DNA of 49,960 nt from Nitrososphaerota archaeon (GCA_002713325.1 PAWD01000008.1:138428-188387); one strand, 5' to 3'. Numbered from the stretch's first letter, positions 10,299 through 20,275 are shown. Made by a program: numbers and translations. Notes: a model not told the origin generated them from the sequence alone.

Positions 10299-10977
10299 TT
10301 ATTATCGTTCCTACATTATGACCATAAGCAGCACGTTTTATAACACTTGGATCTGATTTTACTACTCTTGTAGTGAGTTTAGATCTTTCTATAACTTTCA
10401 ACGCTACTATATCCATCAGATCATATGCTCCAGCCATAGTGCTCTCGTGAACAATCATATTTTGTAATTCACGAATTCCTATTGATCGGAATAATTTTGC
10501 GTTTTTGTATTTGTTTGGATCTGCATTATAGATACCTACAACGTCAGTAGCATTGATGAACGTATTGGCATTGATCTTTTCATCTATCTGTGCAGATGTT
10601 GCATTTGTACTCTGACCTGGATGCAACCCACCAGCAACAACAATCTTACCAGTTTCCAACGCAACAACAATTTCATGTAAATTCGTCGGGATATGTGGAT
10701 AAGCTGCATCGCCCAATGCATAAACAAACAGCTGTGCGTTTAATCTAGATACTTCAATACCCAATTCATCCAAACTAGCTTCATCTACTCCAAGTTCACG
10801 TGCTAGATTGATGTAGTATCTAGCTATATATCCACCACCAGCAACAACAACAATCTGCATTTTTCTACCGATCGATTTCAACATCTTTGCATACTTCATT
10901 AAAGATTTCTTGTTTGCGGTTTCACCAAATACACTTCCACTTAATTTAATTACAATACGTTTTTTCATCATATACAC
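10291..10977 (-). CDS. pyrH: UMP kinase (archaeal type)
   Basis: 228 aa in the amino-acid kinase fold. KRIVIKLSGSVFG N-terminus, VVAGGG, GLHPGQSTNATSA. Confidence 0.85.
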   Translation of the reverse strand: MYMMKKRIVIKLSGSVFGETANKKSLMKYAKMLKSIGRKMQIVVVAGGGYIARYYINLARELGVDEASLDELGIEVSRLNAQLFVYALGDAAYPHIPTNLHEIVVALETGKIVVAGGLHPGQSTNATSAQIDEKINANTFINATDVVGIYNADPNKYKNAKLFRSIGIRELQNMIVHESTMAGAYDLMDIVALKVIERSKLTTRVVKSDPSVIKRAAYGHNVGTIIIT

Positions 10978-10980
10978 CTT

Positions 10981-12291
10981 TCACATACTAACTTTTTCAT
11001 ACCATGATTCCATACCTGTACCTAAAACCTTTTTCCCAGCTTTTTCAACTTTAGTTCTGCTTTCAATTGTAGTATAAACTCTTATCATATCCATGAAACC
11101 AGAAATTGAGCTTATTAACGGGATCTCGCTTATTGGCAACGTGTGATGAATTTTCTTTCCATTAATATTCTTGCCTATCAGTACTATCGCGTTTAGTTCT
11201 TCCTTTGTAGGTGTTAACGGGACAGAGGGAGCCTTCGAAACATCAATATAAACATGATTTGCTTCAACACCAGCACTTTTTGCTATTTCTTCAGTCATGT
11301 TCTTCAGTAGTCTTTTACTGAGTACTTTTCTTATTATACTGTCGCTTTTATGTAGAATCTTTTCAAAGACACATTTTAACAGTTTTCTGTCTCTATAATC
11401 TCTGGCCAGTTTTGCTGCAAGCTTCAGTTGTTTATTTTTTTGCTGCAAAGTGATCAATCGGACCATGGTAGCATCATCGGTAAATTCAAGATAATTTTTT
11501 AACGATGCATCTGTAAGATGTAGTTCTTCATCTGCAAGTATCATAGAGCGTAACATCATAATTTCTGCTGATCGTACAGTTTTGTGAAAATAAACAGCTT
11601 TGAACATTTCATATCTTGATATCATCATTGACTCGAACGAATATAACGCAGCTTTATCAAGTGCAAGTTTATTGTTATATACTTCAAAGGAATTGATTAT
11701 ACGTTCAGCATCGATCTTTCCGTATTCTGCACTCGTAAAGTATGAATCTCTTTGCAAATAATCCATTATATCTACACTAAGCCCACCAGCAATTAGTTCA
11801 TTAAGAAACAATAGCTTTGATTTCCCAAAAGATAGCATAGTGATTGCTTTTGAATCAAAACCATGTTTGTCAAGAATATCTTTGATTTCTGTTTGTTGTA
11901 TTATCTTCCTTCCTATATCTTCATGTGTAACATTACTCCGCTCAGCCATTACTTCTTCGAATAAATGAGAAAAGGGTCCATGTCCTACATCATGTAACAA
12001 TGCAGCAAGTCTGAGATTTTGAATCTCATCTCCATCGAAATATCCCTTGTTCACCAAAACATTTCCAGCAAGCCCAGCAATGTGCATTGTACCAAGAGAA
12101 TGTTCAAACCTGGAATGCTGTGCAGCTGGATAGGTTAAATGTGCTCCTGCAAGCTGTCTTATTCTACGTAATCGTTGAAAAACATATGTATCAACAATAT
12201 CACGCTCTACTTCAGATAGATAAATGTAACCATGAACCGGATCACTTATCTCACTTACAGGAGTGAAGGCCATACCAGATACATAATACAA
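10981..12291 (-). CDS. HD-domain phosphohydrolase (dGTPase/SAMHD1-like dNTP triphosphohydrolase family)
   Basis: HSRFEHSLGTMHIAG ... LLHDVGHGPFSH ... DYLQRDSYF motifs; 436 aa. Confidence 0.8.
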   Translation of the reverse strand: MYYVSGMAFTPVSEISDPVHGYIYLSEVERDIVDTYVFQRLRRIRQLAGAHLTYPAAQHSRFEHSLGTMHIAGLAGNVLVNKGYFDGDEIQNLRLAALLHDVGHGPFSHLFEEVMAERSNVTHEDIGRKIIQQTEIKDILDKHGFDSKAITMLSFGKSKLLFLNELIAGGLSVDIMDYLQRDSYFTSAEYGKIDAERIINSFEVYNNKLALDKAALYSFESMMISRYEMFKAVYFHKTVRSAEIMMLRSMILADEELHLTDASLKNYLEFTDDATMVRLITLQQKNKQLKLAAKLARDYRDRKLLKCVFEKILHKSDSIIRKVLSKRLLKNMTEEIAKSAGVEANHVYIDVSKAPSVPLTPTKEELNAIVLIGKNINGKKIHHTLPISEIPLISSISGFMDMIRVYTTIESRTKVEKAGKKVLGTGMESWYEKVSM

Positions 12292-12298
12292 TGCGGTC

Positions 12299-12886
12299 TT
12301 AATGTTTTTGTTTCATTCCATCTTCAACAATTTGTATTATTTCCCTATGAACGTCTTCCCTGCTTCTATAACCATTAACCAGAATCCATCCATATTTAAC
12401 AGCAAGTTCCCTATATAATTTTGATACATTATACATTACGTCATCGTTCATTTCGAAGATATCCCCCTTACCGGTCATTCTCTGTATTGAAACTTCTGGA
12501 GCAACATCTAACACTATTACAATATCTCCCTTAAACAAACCTTCATCTAATGCCTGTAACCACTCCAGTTTCAAACCGCTTGCTAAACCATAAACCAAAT
12601 TCGATTGATAATATCTATTAAATATTACAACTTTGTTTTCTCCCAACAATTTTTCGATTTCAGCCTTCTTCTCCCATCTATTTGCAGAGAGTAACATATG
12701 CCTAACCTGTATCGAATACTCTCTCTCATCATTTAGAAACGCCTTAATCTCTTTCCCTATCTTTGTATCATAAACAGGAAATGCCAGATCGGCTACTTTG
12801 AAACCCTTCTTCTCCAGACCCTCTCTAAGCAACCGTGTTTGAGTTGCCTTACCAGCTTTATCATTGCCTTCTATTATGACTAGCAT
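12299..12886 (-). CDS. tmk: Thymidylate (dTMP) kinase
   Basis: 195 aa. P-loop IIEGNDKAGKATQ; typical NRYYQSNLVYG region. Confidence 0.85.
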   Translation of the reverse strand: MLVIIEGNDKAGKATQTRLLREGLEKKGFKVADLAFPVYDTKIGKEIKAFLNDEREYSIQVRHMLLSANRWEKKAEIEKLLGENKVVIFNRYYQSNLVYGLASGLKLEWLQALDEGLFKGDIVIVLDVAPEVSIQRMTGKGDIFEMNDDVMYNVSKLYRELAVKYGWILVNGYRSREDVHREIIQIVEDGMKQKH

Positions 12887-12910
12887 CTCTCTATACCCTT
12901 CATGATACTC

Positions 12911-13825
12911 TCAGATTAATTCTACTATTCTTGAAAGTTCTTCGGCATTAAAGTTGTAACTATCTTGGTTGATTTCAAGGTAAGCTGCATCCTTGTTTCC
13001 ATATGGGGTCTTACAGGAAAATAGCGTAAGAACCAATCCTTCATGGTCTACCTTAAACCCATCACACACCTCATGAGCCCTTATCAGTGCTTTAGTATTA
13101 ACTACTTTCAACGCCCTTTCTGTTACATCTTTACCAAAATAATTCCCGTAGCCCCTTACTGAAGGCTGTGATCCCTCCATTTCTCTCGGATCGTTCCATA
13201 ATATCTCTTCTAGATGCCGTGTTTTCATATTTGTCTTGTTTGCAATTGCTATATCATCTACTGTTTTAAAATTTGTTGGAACACCACCATGCAATATCAG
13301 ATATGAATTTTGTATTATAACACTATGATACATTAGATCAAATAATGAGTGTAATTGTGTATAGATCAACTGGCTAGTATTGCCGAATTTGATTAACAAT
13401 TGATCTGGAAGATCGTGAGGGTGAAAAGACATACTATCTGGACCTTCATGGTTACCACGCATAAGTATGATACGATCAGGATATCTCATCTTCAGGTAAA
13501 GTGTTACATAATATACCTCTACAGATTCTCTTCCCCTATCGCCATAATCACCCAAGAATACTATTATGCTTGAAAGATCATCAAGGAAGCCACTCTTTTG
13601 CAGTATTAGAGCTAAACTCTGCAAGTCTCCATGAAGATCACCAACAAGTATTAACTTTCTTCCCTGTTTAACTCTGACAAGCCCTTCCTCAACTATCGAA
13701 TTCCCTATTACACCTTTACCTCTTTCTTGTTGATGTATTGATAACACATTCCTGATCATCATGGAAAACTGTGTCCCCCTTACTGATGTTGCCTTCTCAA
13801 TTATTTCCTTTAGCACATGATCCAT
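12911..13825 (-). CDS. PPP-family Ser/Thr protein phosphatase (metallophosphoesterase)
   Basis: All three PPP signatures are present: GDLHGD, GDYGDRG, RGNHE. Confidence 0.8.
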   Translation of the reverse strand: MDHVLKEIIEKATSVRGTQFSMMIRNVLSIHQQERGKGVIGNSIVEEGLVRVKQGRKLILVGDLHGDLQSLALILQKSGFLDDLSSIIVFLGDYGDRGRESVEVYYVTLYLKMRYPDRIILMRGNHEGPDSMSFHPHDLPDQLLIKFGNTSQLIYTQLHSLFDLMYHSVIIQNSYLILHGGVPTNFKTVDDIAIANKTNMKTRHLEEILWNDPREMEGSQPSVRGYGNYFGKDVTERALKVVNTKALIRAHEVCDGFKVDHEGLVLTLFSCKTPYGNKDAAYLEINQDSYNFNAEELSRIVELI

Positions 13826-13919
13826 GCTTGGAATGGAAATAAAAACTTCTACTTGAAGTTTATCTTGTAAAGGAAATGATAAGATTAAAACATATATCTA
13901 GCAAAGACTAAAATATTTC

Positions 13920-14306
13920 ATGGGATTGGGAATATATATGACTAAAGAGTTTATAAAGGAGATAGGCAATAAGTCCAGAGAATTCTTCGAGTTTGTTTCA
14001 CCACCGGTTGATATTGTAGAAGATGGCAATGAACTAGTTGTTATTGCTGATGTTCCTGGGTTTGAAAAGAAGGATATCACACTTAGAATAAATGATAACA
14101 CACTTTCTATTAGTGCAACAAGAGAACCTGTTGAACACACAGGAAGTTCTTACTACAAGCAAAGACCATTGAGAGTTGAAAAGAAAATACATCTACCTAT
14201 AAAGATCAAGGAAGGGGAAGAATCTCTGGGAAAAGCAACCTATGAAAATGGTGTGATTGAGATACGCATACCTATAAGCGATGTAGGTTCAATAACGATA
14301 CAATGA
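13920..14306 (+). CDS. Small heat-shock protein, Hsp20/alpha-crystallin family
   Basis: VDIVEDGNELVVIADVPGFEKKDITLRINDNTLSISATRE ... ATYENGVIEIRIP alpha-crystallin domain. Confidence 0.9.
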   Translation: MGLGIYMTKEFIKEIGNKSREFFEFVSPPVDIVEDGNELVVIADVPGFEKKDITLRINDNTLSISATREPVEHTGSSYYKQRPLRVEKKIHLPIKIKEGEESLGKATYENGVIEIRIPISDVGSITIQ

Positions 14307-15863
14307 TCAACGTCTTCTATTCATTATTATCGATACACCCATAATTACAGTTGATACTATTAATCCAATCTGGCCCCATAAAGGATTCGATTGCATTATA
14401 ATGGATGAGCCTATTATTACAGATGATGTTAGAACACTGCCAGAAATCAATATGTTCTTACTATGTTTTCCATTAATAATGTTAGAATTCTCTAAATATG
14501 ATTTCAATAATGAAGTAACCGTCATTGAATCGTTTAATGATCTTAGAAACCTACTGAATGTATGCTTTACTTCCTCAACATAAGCTTCCTTCATAAGACC
14601 TTCCTCCTCAAGCAATGATCTCAGTACTTTGACGAATTGAAACTCAACTTTTAGTGTGAGATAGATCCCTTCAAGTATTGATGCCATCCTCATATATAGT
14701 GCAAGCTGTTTTGGAAGTCTAAACGGAAACCTTGTCAGTGTCTTATTGGCAAGCTCCATAAACGCTCTGACTTCCATCTGATCCATTTTCTTTCCATGAA
14801 GTTCTTGTATCGCAAAACTTATTCCCTTTTCAACGACATGTCTATTCGCTTCTGGTGAGAGTGCACCTAATGCAAGTAAAACATTTACTGTTCTGGAAGG
14901 TTCCTTGTCTAACAGTGAAAGGTACAATCGAACAAGCTGAAGTCTTGTTTCATTATCAAGTCTTCCTACAATCCCAAAGTCATATAGTATAATGGAACCG
15001 TTTTCTGTAACAGAGATATTACCAGGATGAGGATCGGCATGGAAAATGTCGTGTCTAAGAAGCATCATAAAGAATAACCTATGAATTCTGATCACGAGTT
15101 TGGCCTTATCTATTCCCATCTCATCTAGTTTCTTTGCATCTGTTACCTTTACACCTGATACATATTCTAAAGTTAGAACCTTGCTTGTACTCCTATCAGG
15201 ATATATATTCGGAATTATCACTTTTGTTTCACCGGATAGGTTTTTCTTTATACGTACGAGGTTCTCCGCCTCCATCTTGTAATCCATCTCTTCGTAAACT
15301 GTTTCTATGAACTGAGCAAACATTGATCCTGCAGAGAATGCTATGTTTTTATCCACAAAACGTATTCCCAATGGCAAGAGCTTCTTTAAAACTGCTATAT
15401 CTTTCGCAACAATTTCATGAATGTTGGGTCTGTTTACCTTTACGATTACTTCCCTACCTTTGTAACGCGCACGGTACACCTGTCCCATACTTGCACCAGA
15501 AATACATGTGGTATCGAAGGAATCGAATATCTGCTCAATGGGTCCTAGTTCCTGTTCTATGATTCCTCTTACTGGTTCGAACAGTGCTGGTGTAACATCG
15601 TCCTGTAATTTTGCAAATTCTTCCAAGTATGGTTGAGGTAAAATATCTGCTCTAGTTGAAAGCCACTGTCCTAACTTTATAAAAGATGGGCCCAAATTTA
15701 TGAAAATATTTACAGCTTTCCTAGCATGCTTCCTAAACTTTTCCTCGTTAACATTCTTTCCTTCTTTCCTAACCCATTCCTTCCTATCATATTTGAAATT
15801 GATTACAATTGGTAACAATGTTAATGCGACTTGGATAGCCCTACCCCTTATTCCATTTACCAT
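14307..15863 (-). CDS. ABC1/UbiB-family atypical kinase with C-terminal TM helices
   Basis: ASMGQVYRARYKGREVIVKVNRP and FHADPHPGNI motifs. Hydrophobic C-terminus. Its stop abuts the hsp20 stop (0-nt spacer). Confidence 0.85.
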   Translation of the reverse strand: MVNGIRGRAIQVALTLLPIVINFKYDRKEWVRKEGKNVNEEKFRKHARKAVNIFINLGPSFIKLGQWLSTRADILPQPYLEEFAKLQDDVTPALFEPVRGIIEQELGPIEQIFDSFDTTCISGASMGQVYRARYKGREVIVKVNRPNIHEIVAKDIAVLKKLLPLGIRFVDKNIAFSAGSMFAQFIETVYEEMDYKMEAENLVRIKKNLSGETKVIIPNIYPDRSTSKVLTLEYVSGVKVTDAKKLDEMGIDKAKLVIRIHRLFFMMLLRHDIFHADPHPGNISVTENGSIILYDFGIVGRLDNETRLQLVRLYLSLLDKEPSRTVNVLLALGALSPEANRHVVEKGISFAIQELHGKKMDQMEVRAFMELANKTLTRFPFRLPKQLALYMRMASILEGIYLTLKVEFQFVKVLRSLLEEEGLMKEAYVEEVKHTFSRFLRSLNDSMTVTSLLKSYLENSNIINGKHSKNILISGSVLTSSVIIGSSIIMQSNPLWGQIGLIVSTVIMGVSIIMNRRR

Positions 15864-15868
15864 TTAGA

Positions 15869-16270
15869 TCACTTCAGTTTCCTTATCTGCTTACCAAACC
15901 TGTAGCCTAGATATCCAATTGTTAAAGATGCTAGGCCTCCCATTAGCAAGCTTTCTAATAATATATTTTTTGATTTTTCTTTTCTTTTGTTGAACACATA
16001 ACTTCCTACTTCCTTACCAAAGTAGATGCTAGAAGCAATACCGATCAAAGTTTCTGGAGAATCTTTTATCAAGTGACCAAAAGGATCTTTCTTAGGATCT
16101 ACTTTATCTGTATGAACAACATATTTATCATCGTATTCGCGAATATGCAAATTACCATAACGGTATTGCTTCCTTGCACCATTTCCTTCTCCCAACTTGG
16201 TTTCTTCGACACCTTGCATCATTATAGGACGCACGGATTTTGGGATTTCCATTTCTCCATCATCCATCAC
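15869..16270 (-). CDS. Hypothetical protein with C-terminal TM segments
   Basis: 133-aa ORF, 5 nt upstream of the ABC1 kinase gene. Contains a conserved-looking block YGNLHIREYDDKYVVHTDKVDPKKDPFGHL. No family recognised. Confidence 0.45.
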   Translation of the reverse strand: MMDDGEMEIPKSVRPIMMQGVEETKLGEGNGARKQYRYGNLHIREYDDKYVVHTDKVDPKKDPFGHLIKDSPETLIGIASSIYFGKEVGSYVFNKRKEKSKNILLESLLMGGLASLTIGYLGYRFGKQIRKLK

Positions 16271-16810
16271 TGCTCAATATGGATGGAAGTAATATAACTA
16301 TAACGGGTTTTATGAGAAATCTATTTCATGTTATTAGAGCAATTATTTGTGAATATCAAGAAGGGATATATTGACTTGAGAGTGAGTATAATGTCATTAA
16401 TATATTATCTCCGATAAGACTACATAATCTGAAAGGTTAGATTAGTTTCTATTACTTGTAAAGATTCATATGTTTTACATCTACTTCTTCTTTCATGTTC
16501 TTGTATGCTTTTACCAATACCTAGCTCTCTTCATACTCATAAGTTATTTCTTCAATAGAATTCTTTCCGATATGTTTGAAAAGTCATTCAATAACCCTAA
16601 CTCATATTCCATAGTTGTAACAGTAGTTGAACATGTAACGAAAACACTTGCTATTCGTCATTTATCTTGATTTCCTTATCGCTCTAGCAATTTCATCAAT
16701 TATATTCATCAATGTTGGTTCTCCTTCCGTTTTAATTTTTTGGTTATCTCAGCCATACAATTGATGAATTGATGGATACATTTAAGCGGTGTATTAATAC
16801 ATGAAGCGAT

Positions 16811-17320
16811 ATGATTGATAGTAAACGCGTATACGATGGGAAGATAATCAGTGTTAGAGTTGATAAAGTACAGATCAATGGAAGAGAAACTACACGGGAA
16901 GTTATTGAACATAGCGGCGCTGCTGCTGTACTTCCGTTAATTGGTAATATGATAATTATGGAAAAGCAGTATAGGTATGCTGTTGAAAAAGAATTATACG
17001 AAATTCCGGCTGGAACATTGGAAAAAGGAGAAAGTCCTGCGGAATGTGCTAAAAGAGAGCTTATTGAAGAGACCGGATACAAAGCAGGAAATCTTGAACT
17101 GCTCGGGCAATGCTACATGACTCCCGGATACTCCACTGAAATAATATATTTTTTTGTTGCAAATGACTTGCAAGAAGTAAAAATTCATGAGATGGATGTA
17201 GATGAGCAAATTACTATTGTAAAGATAAACATCGATGATGCTGTGAAGATGGTTTTAAATGGTAAAATTCAGGATGCAAAGACTGCTTACGCAATACTGA
17301 CATACAAGTCGAAAGGTTAA
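16811..17320 (+). CDS. NUDIX hydrolase (ADP-ribose pyrophosphatase-like)
   Basis: Nudix box GTLEKGESPAECAKRELIEETGY. Confidence 0.8.
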   Translation: MIDSKRVYDGKIISVRVDKVQINGRETTREVIEHSGAAAVLPLIGNMIIMEKQYRYAVEKELYEIPAGTLEKGESPAECAKRELIEETGYKAGNLELLGQCYMTPGYSTEIIYFFVANDLQEVKIHEMDVDEQITIVKINIDDAVKMVLNGKIQDAKTAYAILTYKSKG

Positions 17321-17348
17321 ATTTAATGCTTGATGAAGATATCATATT

Positions 17349-17410
17349 TGATGAGACTAACCTGCACTGATCCTAGGACACCAGGATATGAAGATATGCA
17401 TCTCGACTGA
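17349..17410 (+). ncRNA. Candidate C/D box sRNA (2'-O-methylation guide)
   Basis: Box layout: C box TGATGA 17349-17354; 12-nt spacer; CTGA 17367-17370 (D'); TGAAGA 17389-17394 (degenerate C'); 12-nt spacer; CTGA 17407-17410 (D). It lies in the 480-nt spacer after the NUDIX gene. Box pattern only, with no convincing terminal stem. Confidence 0.3.
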
Positions 17411-17800
17411 TATCTCATCAGATTTTCTTTTATAATATTAAAGAAATTACTGCTTAAGTTTAAACCATTGAAATACAATATTCATTGTGTGGATCAATAT
17501 CACATAAGCGAAATATATCTTCAAATTGTCCATTATACAGGTAGTCATAGATGATATTGAAACCTGTAGGTGCGAAGGCCGTAGTATGACTGATGAAGTC
17601 AAGGCGAAAATAAAGAATATGAGTGAAAATTGTTCTTATTACCATCATTGACGGTCAAAACAAAGTTGAAGGCGTCCTGACTTCCCATGGATATGTGAAG
17701 AGGATCATACAAAAACTTAGAACAGAATCTACATTGAAAAGAGATTAAACATGAGATCTTTTCCAAATATTTATTACGTATTGAATAGGAATGTTAGTTC

Positions 17801-20275
17801 ATGTCAGCCCAAACTGGAAAGAAATTCGAACTAATCGGAAGCAGGCCGCATTACATTCCAACCAAACAGTTCATAATTAAGCATATGAAAATTGAACTGA
17901 AGCCAGATTTCGATGAAAAGAGTATCACGTGTAAACAAACGCTTACGATAAACATAATACAGGATAAGTTAGATCACATAATACTTGATGCGGCCGAATT
18001 AAATATACGATCTACACGTGTAAATGAACAATCATTACAATTCAAAATACTTGATGACAAACTAAGAATAGAACTTCCCACACCTACAGTTGAAGATGAA
18101 ACAATTACACTTTCAATCGATTATGATACAAAACCCAGACAGGGTTTCTATTTCGTAAAACCAGATAATAATTATCCTAACAAGCAAGTTCAGGCATGGA
18201 CTCAAGGCGAAACCACACAATCAAAGTACTGGTTTGTCTGTTTCGATCATCCGGACATGAAATTCACGAGCGAAATTATTGTTGAAGTTCCAAATGAGTT
18301 TGTTGTGATATCTAATGGGAAGTTGGTAGATGTGACTGGAACAGATCTTGTAAAATATCATTGGGTGGAGGGGCATCCACATCCCGCATATCTGACATCG
18401 ATAGTTATTGGAAAGTATAAGGAGATAAAGGAGAATTACAATGGTATTGATTTATTATATTATGTACCAGAAGCACAAGTCGATAAAGCATCACTCTCGT
18501 TTTCAAACACAATGAACATGATAAAGTTCTTCGAGGAATATATTGGAGTAAAGTATCCGTACGGCATGTATGCTCAGACTACAGTCGATGATTTCATTTA
18601 TGGAGGAATGGAAAATGTTAGTGCAACTACCCTTACAATGGATACGCTGCATGACAAGAAAGCACATTTAGATTTTACAAGTGATCATTTGGTCTCACAT
18701 GAACTTGTACATCAATGGTTTGGTGATCTGGTAACGTGTAGAGATTGGCAGCACCTATGGCTTAACGAATCTTTTGCAACTTACTTCGAGGCGCTTTCAT
18801 GGTTGCATAGCAGAGGCGAGGATGAATTCAATTATTACATAATGCAGTTAGCTGAAGAATATTTTGATGAAGCTTCTAAGCGCTATAAGAGACCAATAGT
18901 TACCAATGTATATAAAAACCCTGATGATCTTTTTGATCGTCATGCATATGAAAAAGGCGCATGTATTTTACATATGTTAAGAAGTCTTGTTAATGACAAT
19001 ATCTTCAGGAAGGCTATCAAATTATATGTTGAGAGGTTCAGTAATAAGAATGCAGAAACAGATGATTTTAGGAAATGTGTCGAAGAAATATCTGGTTTAA
19101 GCATGCAACAATTCTTCGAACAGTATATCTTCAAGCCAGGACATCTTGAATTAAAAGTTAAATTTGATTTTGATAATTCTTCCAAAATAGCAACAATAAA
19201 CCTAACACAGACACAGAATACAGATGATGGTACACCTATCTATAAATTCCCTATAGACATTCATCTTATAAGTACAGAGGGTAAGAAACAGATCACATTT
19301 AGTATTGAATCGAAAGAATCTATATTTCATATTCCACTGAATTCTGAACCACTGTGGTTTAGTATAGATCCAGATAATAAATTACTGAAGAGAATGGAGG
19401 TAAAAGCACCGAAGAATATGCTTATTGAACAGTTGAAGAATGGAAATATGGTAGAGAGAGTTTACGCTGCAAAAGCACTCTCGAATTTAAATTCCGATGA
19501 TGTTGTAGAAGCATTGAAAGAAACTATGCTTACCGATTCCTTCTGGGGTGTATCTTCACAATGTGCCAAAACGCTTTCAGATATCAAGACTGACACTGCT
19601 TATAATACACTAACTGATGCTCTAAACATAAAGAATCCAAAGGCAAGGCGTGCTGTTGTTAAAGCTATCGGAGAGTTCAAAAAACAAGAATGTGTATCTT
19701 TACTGCAACCCATACTTGAGAATGATGAAAGCTACTTCGTTCAGGCAGAAAGCGCTATATCATTGGGAAAATCTAACTCAAAGGAAGTTTTTGCTACTTT
19801 ATTGAAAGCATTACGAATTAGCTCCTTTAAGGAAGTTATAGCATCGGGTGCGCTTACTGGTCTTGGAGAATTGAAAGATGATATTGCTTCGCATGTATTG
19901 ATTGAACATACTAAACTTGGAAAACACCATAGAATAAGGGAGGCAGCTGTGCTTGCTCTTGGAAAGTTTGCCAAAAACAACGATAAGATTATTGATCAAT
20001 TGAAGCAATTATTGAAAGATCCATGGTTCAGGGTAAGGACTAATGCAATCAAGGCATTAGTTGAAACACAGGAATCGAAAAACATTCCTGATATAGAATG
20101 GGTGGCTAACAACGATATAGATCCCAGAGTGCAAAGAGTGGCAGAAGAAAGTGTAATATCTCTAAAAGAATCCATGCATGCATCGAAGGAAGTTAAGCAG
20201 ATGAGGGAAGAAATTAATAAATTGAAGTTACAGAATCTGGAGTTGGTACAGAGACTAGACAAACTGGAAAGATAA
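17801..20275 (+). CDS. M1-family zinc aminopeptidase fused to C-terminal HEAT-like repeats and a coiled coil
   Basis: GGMEN, HELVHQWFGD and WLNESFATY motifs. The C-terminal ~270 aa carries repeated R..A..ALG-type HEAT units and ends in EINKLKLQNLELVQRLDKLE. Confidence 0.9.
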   Translation: MSAQTGKKFELIGSRPHYIPTKQFIIKHMKIELKPDFDEKSITCKQTLTINIIQDKLDHIILDAAELNIRSTRVNEQSLQFKILDDKLRIELPTPTVEDETITLSIDYDTKPRQGFYFVKPDNNYPNKQVQAWTQGETTQSKYWFVCFDHPDMKFTSEIIVEVPNEFVVISNGKLVDVTGTDLVKYHWVEGHPHPAYLTSIVIGKYKEIKENYNGIDLLYYVPEAQVDKASLSFSNTMNMIKFFEEYIGVKYPYGMYAQTTVDDFIYGGMENVSATTLTMDTLHDKKAHLDFTSDHLVSHELVHQWFGDLVTCRDWQHLWLNESFATYFEALSWLHSRGEDEFNYYIMQLAEEYFDEASKRYKRPIVTNVYKNPDDLFDRHAYEKGACILHMLRSLVNDNIFRKAIKLYVERFSNKNAETDDFRKCVEEISGLSMQQFFEQYIFKPGHLELKVKFDFDNSSKIATINLTQTQNTDDGTPIYKFPIDIHLISTEGKKQITFSIESKESIFHIPLNSEPLWFSIDPDNKLLKRMEVKAPKNMLIEQLKNGNMVERVYAAKALSNLNSDDVVEALKETMLTDSFWGVSSQCAKTLSDIKTDTAYNTLTDALNIKNPKARRAVVKAIGEFKKQECVSLLQPILENDESYFVQAESAISLGKSNSKEVFATLLKALRISSFKEVIASGALTGLGELKDDIASHVLIEHTKLGKHHRIREAAVLALGKFAKNNDKIIDQLKQLLKDPWFRVRTNAIKALVETQESKNIPDIEWVANNDIDPRVQRVAEESVISLKESMHASKEVKQMREEINKLKLQNLELVQRLDKLER

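Noticed and set aside
16470-16670. 66-aa plus-strand ORF in the spacer between the 133-aa gene and the NUDIX gene. Also the 16709..17082 minus-strand ORFs.
   Set aside because: The first is an extremely Phe/Tyr/Ile-rich translation typical of random AT-rich DNA. The minus-strand ORFs overlap the NUDIX gene antisense.
17460-17648. 62-aa minus-strand ORF upstream of the aminopeptidase gene.
   Set aside because: No motif and odd composition. It stands isolated in a spacer with no start context that I could support.
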